NCBI GenBank assembly: GCA_024679065.1
Contig: JAGIQG010000014.1
Coordinates: forward strand, 25,420,001-25,484,000
Direction of reading: 5' to 3'
Length of the DNA: 64,000 nt
Source: Sphyrna mokarran
Taxonomy: Eukaryota
The notes beneath the pieces are model-generated. The model did no database searches, was not told the origin of the DNA, and was given only the letters and a program-made list of their open reading frames with translations. Positions 12,501-24,500 of the stretch are shown piece after piece (position 1 is the stretch's first letter; each line of letters begins with the position of its first letter). The position numbers and the translations under genes are program-made.

Positions 12501-15500
12501 AGGCTCCGTAAGAATACACTATTTTGAACAGACTGCACACACTTATTCCCACTGGCCACAATGAGTGCCAGACTATGACCACAAGGGAGGCCCTAACCAT
12601 CTCACCTTGGCATCCAATATCATTACTCTTACTAAATGTTTAGAATCCCTACAATGCAGAAGGAGGCCATTTAGCCCATCAAGCCTGCACCGACAACAAT
12701 CCCACCCAGGCCCTGTCTCTGAAACACCATCTATTTACTCTACTAATTCTCCTGACATCCATCTAACACTAAGGAGCAATTTAGCATGACCAATGCAGCT
12801 AACCCGTACATCTTTGGATTGTGGGAGAAAATCAGAACAGCTGGAGGAAATCCACGCACACCTGGGGAGAAAGTGCAAACTCCACACAGACAGTGACCAA
12901 GCTGGGAATCAAACCCAGGTCCCTGCCGCAGTGAGCCAATAGTGCTAACTACTGTGCCATCCTGCATCAACAACCTGAGGGTCAACTTTCTCTATAAAAT
13001 TAACCACTGTCACCTCTCGATCCAAACCCTGACTAAAGAAAGCAAGGAGGAGAAATTGTTTAGTGATTCTAGGTATGTTGTGTGCTAATTATACTTTCAC
13101 CCCTTGGCTTTAATTCCCATTGACTTATGCATGTATATTGAAAGTCAGAAGAAAATAAAGAGAGCGTTTAAAGTACATCAATCCAAGGTGCCAAGGAAAG
13201 TAACTGACATAGAATATTTTAAGTATTTTGTTTTTCCTCAATGACATTTTCTGTTTAATTATCTTTCTTGTCCATTTTGATTTTCCCAAACTCTGTTACA
13301 TTGATTTACATTGTGTAGCTTCTATTTTTATTTCAAAGCTGGTTGCTTTTTATGCAAAAGTGACATACTTGGAGATGCTATAAATCTGAACCACAAACTG
13401 AAAATACTGGAAATACGCAGGCAGTATCTGTGGAGAAAGAGAGTTGACAAAAGGTGTTTAACCTGAAATATCAATTCTCTGTAGCTGCTTTTTAAACCTT
13501 GCAGTTAATCTGGAAAACATATAAATGAAAACAGGATTAGAATCCTGCAGCTAGCACTGAAGATGTTTGCCTGTTGAAGCAAGGTGGCACAATGGCTGGC
13601 ACTGCTGCTACACAGCGCCAGGGACCCTGTTTGATTCTCGGCTTGGGTCACTGTGCGGAGTCTGCATTTCTCCCCGTGTCTATGTGGGTTTCTTCTGGGT
13701 GCACCAGTTTCCTTCCACAGTCTGAAAGACATACAGGTTAGGTGCATTGGCAATGCTAAATTCTCCCTCAGTGTACCCAAACAGGTGCTGGAGTGTGGTG
13801 ACTCGGCGATTTTCACAGTAACTTCACTGCAGTGTTAATGTAAGCCTAGTTGTGACACAAATAAATAAACTTTAAAAAGACTATGCTACAATTGTACTAC
13901 AATGATCTCCTCGTGGAGGATTGAGGTGCTTTGTGGGTGCTGTCAATTATCTTTCCAGGATTGCAACAGACAGTAGAGAGTCACCCTGTCCAAGGGGAGA
14001 AACTCCTGTTTATCCAGAGGATTGATGCATATCGAAACATTGTAAAATATATTTTGCAGTATTTGAGAATGGTGAATTCACTATGAAAATTATGGATTCA
14101 ATTTTTTCTTCCCCTGTCAAACAGCTGTTGTTTATTTGAATAATTTTTCATATAGAGAGAAAATACAAACAATGGATAAATGGTTTCTAATGCGAAAATA
14201 TCTCGTTCTACGATATTTATCTGATCTATAAGGTGCATCTTCCCACCTTCTACTTTTAGGTGCAGCATATAGAATTTATACACTATCAGAGACTGTAGAA
14301 TGCATCAGATTTGATAGTAATTGCTAGGCTCCAGTCTGCTGATTGTACCTCAGTCCAGGCCATGTCCTCTCAACTTAATTTCTGTTCCTTGACAGGTCTA
14401 TGCGAAAGTTTTCAGTCATTCTGCTTTGGAGAGTTACATGCCACAGATCAAGCAGGTGGTGACAGAGTCAGTGCGGGACTGGTGTTCCAGGGGACACCCT
14501 GTCACTGTGTACTCAGAAAGTAAGAGGCTGACGTTCCGAATAGCTGTGGCAATTCTGCTGGGATCGCTGCCGAGCGAGGAGGAGCTGACCAACCTGTTCA
14601 CTGTCTTTGAGCAACTTACTTGCAACATTTTCTCGCTGCCCCTGGATATCCCTGGCAGTGGCTACAGAAAGGTACACCTAATTCTTGCCATTCACCACAT
14701 TCTCCCGTGAAGTGGGCAATGTTGCTGAAGGGCCTTGTAGATACTGATACAATTTCCTCTGCTTTTTATCACATTGATAACAGTAAAAAATAGTTCAGTG
14801 CCAGGATCATACTTGAGCAGATCTTCAGGCTATGATGTTCTCCAAGGATCCAATGAGCCTTCCCTTCCTTTCTCACTCTTAGGGAAATATTCAGACTTAT
14901 TTGGCACCTCCGTCAATGATGTGACTGAGAGCTGGTGGGGCATTAATGTATTCTTCCCCTTCAGAACATAGTCTGTTGGAGTGATAAGTCATGGTCCCTC
15001 TTCCACACATCGATCGTTATTGCTCTGCATTGACAAATCCCAATTTTCCTACACCAAATTGGGAATTCCAATCTTTGACCAGATGGAGAAGTTCAAGTTC
15101 ATAGACTCAGAGAAGAGCCACAGAATCTCTGCAGCTCAGAAGGAGGCCTTTTGGCCCACCGAGCCTGCACCGACCACAATCCCACCCACACCCTACCCCA
15201 GTTACCCTATTAATCTGCCTGACACTAGGATCAATTTAGCATGGCCAATCAACCTAACCCACACATCTTTGGACTGTAGGAGAAAACCAGAGCACCCAGA
15301 GGAAACCCACACAGGCACAGGGAGAATGTGCAAATTCCACACAGGCAGTGACCCAAGGCCAGAATTGAACATGGGTTCCTGGCACTGTGAGGCAGCAGTG
15401 CTAAGCTCTGTGCCATCATGCCATCCCACTTAAGCTGTGGCAGTAATGCATTATATAAATTACAGAATCATAGAATCCTTACAAAACAGAAGAAGGCCAC

Positions 15501-18500
15501 TCGGCCCATCGAGCCTGCACCAACAACAATCCCACCCTATTCCTGCACCCCCACATATTTACCCTGCTAATAACCCCGAAACTAGGGTCAATTTAGCATA
15601 GCCAACCAACCTAACCCGCACTTCTTTGGACTCAAAATGCTCGAACATGTACTTTATCACTACAATAGTGATTTAGTATTATAGAATTGAACATATCAAA
15701 ATGTATCTCCAGCTACAATTTTACAACCTTCCAAAATAACAAGACTCCTTCCAGTTCTGATATCTTGCACATCCCCTATTTTTATCACTTCAGAAATACT
15801 TAAAGTGTATTTCCTTCCTCGGTTTCTGCTATCTCCAGGACCCTCTGTCCATTTTGGAGACGAGACAGATTGCACAAATTGGCTCTGGAGCAGTGGACCA
15901 GTTGGGTTCTGAGGACAACTGGAAGTGGCAAAGATCCTCGAGGTGGTCCATGGCCTGATCCAAAGTGTAGGTCAGTGATACGCAACGCCATTGTTGAAGC
16001 CATATGATAGAACAGGCCTGAACCCCTGTCCCCACCATTCACATGACATGACAAATCGTAAGTGTAACAATAATGGAGTTTTAGAAGGAAGGTTGGTTTT
16101 CTTTGCGTAAGGTATTCGTTTCTCAGAAGAAGATCGTTGTCATGATTTCACAAGGAGACAATTCTGGAATAGCACAGCAGGCTGTGTGACATAAGTGGAG
16201 GCCATTTCACAGGCAACCAGCTGGGCCCCATTGTCCCCTGCAAGTCTACACAGCAAAGATTCCCAACATAGTCCATGGCGCAGAGCTGATTATAAAGTGG
16301 AAATCTTCATTTCAATATCATTAGCAGACCTAGGACTAAAGTCTCCGGGCCAGCCAGTACCTGCTCTCCTACTCCTACCACCAGAAGTGGTTCACTCCAG
16401 CGGAGTTTCCTATTGTATCCCAGTAACAAGGAACAGGCAGCCTGACATTGCTGGAGAAAACAGAGGTCAATGAGGCCCCCTGGGAGGTCAAGAGTGAGGA
16501 AGCGTTTCTCCTTGGGCAGTGCCAGCTGGAAAATGCCAGTCTGGCCCCTTGGCACTACCTACTGAGCATCTTGGCACTGCTCACCAGACATTGGGCAGGG
16601 CCAGAGGCAATGGGGCCTTTTGGGGGTGGGACTTATTGGAGGGGTAGGTGGGGTCCAACTGCCACTCTGCACTAAGATCGTTGGCGGAGGTGGCAGGTGT
16701 TGGTGAGTTCAGGAGTGACCAGTGGGGTAGGGGTTTGGGAATGTTTAGGGCTGGCCCAGTAAGGTACAGAGATTGGTAGGCCAGTGATGGGAATGGGGAG
16801 GGGGAGCTTGGCGGGGCTGGCCAGCGATCAGGAGGCTGGCAATGCGGGGCCACTGTGCGTGTGCCAATCTCTGCTCTGACAGATTCATGTATGCACAGTG
16901 ACCCACTGAGCACTATACTGCCGGCCTGTCCAGCGGGAATAGGCCCTGCCCACAGATTTTCACAGGGAGTCCTACTACACCATTCTGTGATGTATAGAGT
17001 GTGGGGATTCATTCTGGAAATCACATTGATACAAACAGCAGGAGTTCTTCCCATTTTCCCACTAGTTGGGGACTTAGAATTTTTTGGGGGAGAATCCGGG
17101 CCCACACGTGTGGTGAAAATGGACATGTCACTGGTTCCAGGTGGTTTACGATGCAGGTTGCACAAGGAAGAGTGAGTGGAGGTGAGAGGAAATCTCACCA
17201 TAAATTCCAATCTTGGGAGAGATTAATTACATGTCAGCTATGTTTCAGTTGTAGCAAGTTGTGCTTTGAAATCCTGTTGCATGTGCAAGGAAACATCTTT
17301 AATCTGCAGGTTCCTACCAAGTCATTCACCAACCCAAACTGGGAAAATGTCACCATAATTCACTGTTGCTGAGTCAGTGGAATGCCCTCCCTAACAGTAA
17401 TGTGGGTGGACCTACACTTCAGGGACTGCAACAGTTCAAGGAGACAGTTCACCACCACCTTCTTAAGGGCAACTCAGGATGGGCAATAAATGCTGCCAGC
17501 CACGCCTACATCCTGTGGATTAATGATTGTTGTGGGAAATTCACCACTCGGAATCAGACTTAAAGATTCAACATGCAGTTTATTGAACAAAGCTTTGGGA
17601 GAAGCACTGGGCACTCCTCAGTGCTAGTAGTCAACTTCTCGATTTGGTGTGGTGGCTAGCTTTTTTGATACATTTGAATCATACAGGCACCAGCAGTTAT
17701 TGCATCAGCAGCTTTGGGCAGTTATATATATCAATCAGTTGGGCTCTCCTGCAATTAGCTTCCAATCATATTCCTTCAAAAACAACCATTAACAAAAGCC
17801 CATGGCTCATTGTTTTGGTTCCTCTTTACTTAGGCTAAGCTTGACCATATGAACCTCAGAGTTTGATCTTTTGGCCTAACATGCAGTTTATTTATATATT
17901 AACAGGACATAGCTCAAAGATTAGTTTGCTGTGCAATGTATATGCCTAAACCAGCACATTTTAATGTCGTTTCACAGAATCCATTTTGTACCAGGTAGCC
18001 ATTTTGTATCTTCCAATTTCGGGATTCCATCTGGCAGCATTTAACTTTTATTCCTCCTTTTGGTCATTGATTATACACTAATAATTAGATTGGCCAACAA
18101 TAGCAAATTTCCTTTATCCGTAACTCAGGGGCTACACATTTACAGGTAATCTTCCATCTCGTCCTTCTTATTATGAGTCCCATTACTCTGACTACAAATG
18201 AATTGTCTCCCCGTGATCACATTCATGCATCTTTGCTCATTACAGGTAGAACTAAACAGGCCTCTGTTTACTTAACAGTGCTGGTGGGCACATTGTGTCT
18301 GTACACAGGAAACATTCTTGGAAACCAAGGCACATCCCCACCTGCAGCCTGAGAAGAAAGCAGGTAGCTTAAAGGTTCTGAGCATCTCATTCTGTTCAAC
18401 CCCTGGAGCCCCGTGCAATTAAGGGACTGTGTTCTATCTGGGTTTATTAGTTCCACGCATCTTCCCTGTAGCCCCCTCCTATATAGATCTGTTTGTCCTT

Positions 18501-21500
18501 TACAGAGTGCATACAGGATATTCTCTGTATACAAGTCATTGGCAGGTTCACCCAGGGGTGGCCACAATCAGGGCCTCTCCTGATTGGGCAAGCGGGTGAC
18601 ACATGGTTCGATTGCCATGTAAGTATACGTGGGTCTTATAAAATAGGGTTATCTTCTAATCCTGTCACATTTACAATCTTGACAACATAGAGCAACACAA
18701 CTATATACACTATCTTAGATATGCTCATGGCAGATAAGTATCAAGGCAGCGACAATAAACAAAATTATCTTATTACTCTATATTAACAACTTTCCGAAGG
18801 CTATATCGCCAACCCCAACACAACCCAAATGCTTTAGTTGAACTTACTTGTAGCTGCTACCTGTTGCGGGGAAAGCATTGTGGTTATTTTGTTGATTAAT
18901 CGTGAATCCTTTAACTAGCCTCTGTATAGGTTCTGACAATCTTGCAAATTCTGGGATAAAACTTTGACGATAATTAAACAATCCCAACATCTTCCTGACT
19001 CTTCTTACTGTAACTGGCTGCGGCATTTGTGGGACCACCTTCTTTCAGTCTGTTGGCATCTCGTTAAGCCCTTGTGATGTTAAATACAGGACTTGTGCTT
19101 TCCCGGTTTGTGGCCTTTTGGGGTTCACCTCTAATCCTGCGGTTTTTAGTTCATTCGGCACCAGGTATAGTGCTTCCTGATGCTCTGACTTGGATTCTGA
19201 GGTGATAGGCATATGGATAACATTGGAATAGTTTAGGTTAAAGGATCATTAGATTGGTTCCACTGGTCAGTGCAACATTGAGGGCCAAAGAGCGTGTACT
19301 GCACTGTAATATTCTATGTTCTATGTTCTATCCACATATTGTAGAATCGTGCTATGCTTTGGTAGTTCTACCCTCTTCAGGATGTCACTCATTACTTAAT
19401 GGAAGATGGGGCTATTATGAAGTCCCTGAGGTAGGCGAGTCCAAGGACAGAATTTTACCAACACGCCTGCCCAACTTTCGCACGATCCTGCCCAAAGCCA
19501 ACAGAGAATGCCATTCTCCGAGTCAAGCCCATCCCCAGAATTGGGACTGGCATGCCGGTAAAATTCCGGCTCAAGTGTACTGTTTATCTCCCACTGTAAA
19601 CACGAATTTCCCTTGGGATTCAGAGTCCAAGGATGGGGACCAGAATCCATTGGCTATATCTAACACAGCAAAGATTTTATGCTGCGTTGACAATCCATTA
19701 AGGATTGTTGAGGGGTTTGCTACAATAGGTTGCAATTTGGGCATGACTTTATTGAGGGCAGTGTAATCTGTCATGAGCTTGTAGTTTCCGTTGGGTTTGC
19801 TCACCAGCCAGGTAGAGGAATTAATGGTACTCACAGTTTCCCTCAGGATTCCTTTCTCCACTAACCTTTTCACTATTTCTACTGCACTGCCGTTGCTTCC
19901 AGTTTTATTGGGTACTGTTGGTGAGGCTTATACTCTAGTTTGGACATCTTAATGGGGTCAGTTTTGCTTAGACCAGTATCTAATTTCATTTCAGCCCATA
20001 CTCCAATGGCGGGGCACAAATGGCTCTAAACACCATTATTTCTAATCGCCAGTCCCTGGTGGTGGCGTGGCCAACTTAATGGTCTTGAAGTGACTTGTGA
20101 ATCTATCCATTCCAGTTTTCCGGCCTTCCCGTTTTGGCCAGATTAATTCTCCCCTCCCGCAGTCAAATTTTCATATTCTTTCATTAAATCATTTTCCATT
20201 ATTGCACCTTCATTATTTTTACACACATAGAATCTCATAGATGTATACAAATTATTCATTTCTACTAACGTGGTCTCACACTGGTATGCGGGTGTTTTGT
20301 TCACTCCTATCACTGTTAAATAAATCATCCTACTTGTAGTAGATAAGGGAAGGTCAGTGACAGATATGGATGTGTCTGTGTCCACCAGCACCTCACATTG
20401 CCTGCCCCCTACCGGTGCAGGCATGTAGATCCTTCCCTTCTTCTTATCCTTATTAGTGGAGGCTACAAACCATCAGCTTTGTTGATCTCAGGAGTTCCTT
20501 AATTCCTCCGATTCTGCTGAGGGCACAGATCGGGGGTGGGGTTTCCCAGGTTTGTCCCAACATGTTGCTTCTGTGTGCCCATTCTTATTACAATAATTAC
20601 AACGTCCCCCACTGTTCTCGCAGGTGGAGAATGTGGTCAAGAAGGTGTATGATATACTAACCTTCATTAATCGAGGGATTGAGTTTAGGAGTTGGGAGAT
20701 AATACTGCAACTTTATAAGACCCTTGTCAGACCTCACTTACAGTACTGTGCACAGTTCTGACTGCCTCACTGCAAGGAGGATATGGAAACTATTGAAAGG
20801 GTGCAGAGGAGATTTACAAGGATGTTGCCTGGATTGGGTAGCATGCCTTATGAGGATAGGTTGAGGGGACTAGGTCTTTTCTGCCTGGAGAGACAAAGAT
20901 TGAGAGGCGACCTGGAAGATGTTTATAAAATGTTGAGGGATAGCTGGGTGGATTCTCAGAGGCTATTTCCCAGGGCTGTAATGGTGGCTACGAGAGGACA
21001 CAGGTTTAAGGTGCTGGGGAGCAGGTACAGAGGAGATGTCAAGGGTAAATTTTTCACTCAGAGGGTGGTGGGTGAGTGGAATCAGCTGCTGTCGGTGGTG
21101 GTGGAGGCAAACTCTTTGGGGTCTTTTAAGAGACTTCCAGATGAATGCATGGGATTTAATGGGATTGAGAGTTATAGATAGGCCAGGTAGGTAGGGATAT
21201 GATCGGCGCAACTTGCGGGCCAAGGGGCCTGTTTGTGTTGTAGTGTTCTATGCTCTATGTTTCCAGATTTATTTCCTTTCCGTGGGACCTAGGACTCTTT
21301 TGCAAAGTGTTCTTATCGGCCACAATTGTAACAAGTCAGTTTGGGCTAAGTTCCGCTCCCGCTACCACAGGCGGCTACTCTTTCCTGTTTTATCTTTGTC
21401 TGAGATTTCTCCTCCCCACCTCCGTGTATGCCACTAGCCCGTTCGTCATGACTCTGGGACATGTTCACTCATTATTAAGATGGTTTGGTGGGCACTGGAG

Positions 21501-24500
21501 AGCCCATGCTTGAAGGCTTCAATAAAGACTTGATCCTCAAGCCTGGGGTTCACCTGACCCATGCATTCCTGGTGTACCTCGAACAACGTTCCCCATTCTC
21601 CGAGGCTCCTTCCCCCTTCTATTGGTTGGTCATTATGATTTTACTCTAATTTGTCGGGACATTTCTTAAAGCTCCCTGTACTTCTGTTTTAAACCTGCCG
21701 ATATGGCTACTGCATGCATCCAGTGCCTGCCCTGGAAGTCATTTGCAGCTTGGGCATTGGCCCCTCCAGCTACCTGCCTCTATTTGTCCTCTGGGCATGA
21801 GACCCTGACTAGTTGGTGTATATCCCTTAAGTGCAGTTGGTGTCCTACGCAGACCATATCTAATTCTGCCTAAAATTTTGTATTTGTGCTTCTGACTTGT
21901 AGTTTATCCAGGGAGGCCAATATCTGTTGTCTCTCGCTCGGTGTCAATGGTTTATAATGTGCTGTTGGCTGTGCAATGGTTCTCCTTCAGATTATTGGCG
22001 CCAAGTTATGTTCTTCCTTCTTCTGGAGGGGCTGTCATTCCCTGTTGTGTTGGTTATTTTCTAATAATTGATTCCTTTTCTCTAATTCCCTTACCCTAGA
22101 TTCGAATTCCTTAATTTTATCCTTGCCTTCATTCCACTTCTTAGTGGAAGCTGCTACTTGTCTAATTAGTCCAACCAATTGGTGTACTAATAATACTTCT
22201 GCCTTCTCTATTTTGTCTTTCTTCTGCCTGTCTGTCCATTTTCTCTGTTGTTCTAAGGTCTGAGAAACATGCCAGCCATCCTTTTGCATCTCCCTAATCT
22301 GTCAGTCATATATTTATCAATTAAGGGAACCCGGAATTCCCCATTTAGTTTCCTTATCTGCCGTCTTGCAGGCTTCTACATTCCCTCACCGGGCTTTCTA
22401 TAAATGGTCACGAATACCCTTTCAGTAACATGTTTCCTCCCACTGTTTCTGTTTATACACATGACCACAATTATTCAGTAACGTATTTCCTCCACTGGAG
22501 TCCGGCTCTCGGTCAGAGTGATCAGCTCCTTTTCCCCAATCGCTTTACAGCTTAACCGATAGACTGCCAACCAAAATTACACAACTTTATGAAAGCAGAT
22601 GGCAAACTCTGCATTTGTTCGCTACGACAGAGTTTGATATTAAAAAGACCTCTACCACTTGTGCTTCACCATCCTAAGTGCCTTGGTGCCTCTTTGCCCA
22701 CTTCAGGGTCCTGACCTTCGCGTGGGGGATTTCCCCTCTTAACAATGAACGAATGAAAAATAATACTTCTATAAAGTAAAGCCTCTGTTTGATAATTCTG
22801 GACACTTGGCTGTGACAGTCAATGACTAAGAACATACTATGCTGCTAAGCAAGAGAATACAGTTTCAGTGGGCTGTGAAGACTCAGTCATTAAGAGTGCT
22901 TAAGACAGAGATCATTAAATTTTTACATATTAAAAACAACAAGGGATATGTCACAGGAATATTCATAGAACTCATAGAATCTTCACATTATAAAAGGAGG
23001 CATTTGGCCCATCGAGTCTGCAAAATCCCATCCAGGCCCTATTCCCACAATCCTGCTAATGCCCCTAACACAAGGATCATGGCCAATCAACCTAACTCAC
23101 ACATCTTTGAAATGTGAGAGGAAACCAGAGCACCTGGAGAAAACCCAGGCAGACCAACGCAGTCGCCCCGAAATCATCGGGATGGGCGAGGCTCACAGAA
23201 CAGCATTTCCCCGTTGATCTCAGACGCAATCTTATGAGCCCTGGGGTAGCCAGGAAGAAAGTGGAAACTCCACCAGACAAGGCTGGAATTGAAACTGGAT
23301 AGTGCAGGAAAATGGGGTAGAAGATTGGCCATGGTCACACTGAATGGTGGAGTAGACTAACGGGCTGAATGGCTTCCTCTTGCCCCTGTTTCTGATGTTC
23401 CCATGAAACAGAACGAACGGGTAATGAAAATGTAAATATTCATGAAATGTTCTTTCCCTCCAGGGTCTACAAGCTCGGGACAGGCTGCATGAATACTTCG
23501 AAAAGCCCATTGAGGATATGCTTCAGTCTAGTCCTGAATACCCGACTGCCCTCGGCATCCTAATAAAAAGCAGCCAAGAGCAAGGAGTGAAGATGAGCAT
23601 GCAGGAATTGAAGGTAGGAGTTCATGAAATGACAAATCAAAACTCAGGGCCAGCTTTTTTCAGAGGAAGTGGGGGAGGTTTGCATCTCATCAAGTTCAGC
23701 CTTTTCAGTGCTAGGAAATAGATCTTTGGCATCCAGTTTCAGAGCGAGGAAATCTCAGATTAAGCCGAACACAAGGATTGCGCAGAGGATAAATGCATCT
23801 TCCCATCTAACTTCAAACAAATTCCCATCCAACCATTGCTATCCCTTTCCGCCATGTGTGATTGTAATAATAAATAAGTGGAACTCGATGCCAGTTTCGA
23901 GTGGACTCAGTTTAATTTACCTGAGAAAATGAGAGTTCTTTGGACAGTGTGTTCAATCTGATCTCCATCTCTGGCTGGCATCCAATAAAGTGAATGGAAA
24001 GAGCCAGGACTCACTTAGACTTCAGTGCAGCAGTATAGTGACATCTACTGGCATCAAACAATAATATGAGCAAAATCTCTGAAATTTTTTGCCTTAAAAA
24101 AAATCGTGGGGAGTGCCATTCAGAACCAAAGTGTCATCAGCCCTCTCCATGCTGAACAATGGGATTCTTTTGTTGCAGGAGGCGATGGTGGAGTTGATGT
24201 TTGCTGCCTACGCTACCACTGCCAGTGCCTGCACTTCTCTCGTTCTGCAGCTGCTGAAGAATCCAGCTGTCCTTGCCAAGTTGAGGATGGATCTGCAGAC
24301 CAATGGACTGTGGCCTGAAAGTCGCACAGAGGAGAATTTGCGGCACCTAAGCGATGTGACCCGTCTGCAGTACCTGGACGGTGTAATAAAGGAAGTGCTG
24401 AGGCTGCTACCCCCTGTATCCGGAGGATATCGGATGGCACTCCAGACCTTTGAGCTGGGCGTAAGTTTGTTAGTTTTAAATGTAATTATATTTTCTACTT

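Larger units (their letters stand above)
17528..22744 (-). mobile_element. Decayed endogenous retrovirus (gag with two CCHC knuckles, protease, RT; RNase H/integrase and most of env deleted; 3' LTR only)
   Basis: Knuckles CYNCGRxEHFAKE(S) ~21295-21334 and [14 protein letters not shown] ~20562-20603; protease LVDTD 20143..20424; [11 protein letters not shown]...[16 protein letters not shown]...YVD 19000-19900; thumb [19 protein letters not shown]; ends TGTT...AACA flanked by ATGAT/ATGAA. Confidence 0.85.

Noticed and set aside
16195-17210. GC-rich ORFs up to 209 aa in CYP26 intron 3
   Set aside because: No recognisable domain; ends in a ggagaatccgggccc TIR-like motif, so probably a decayed non-autonomous DNA transposon.
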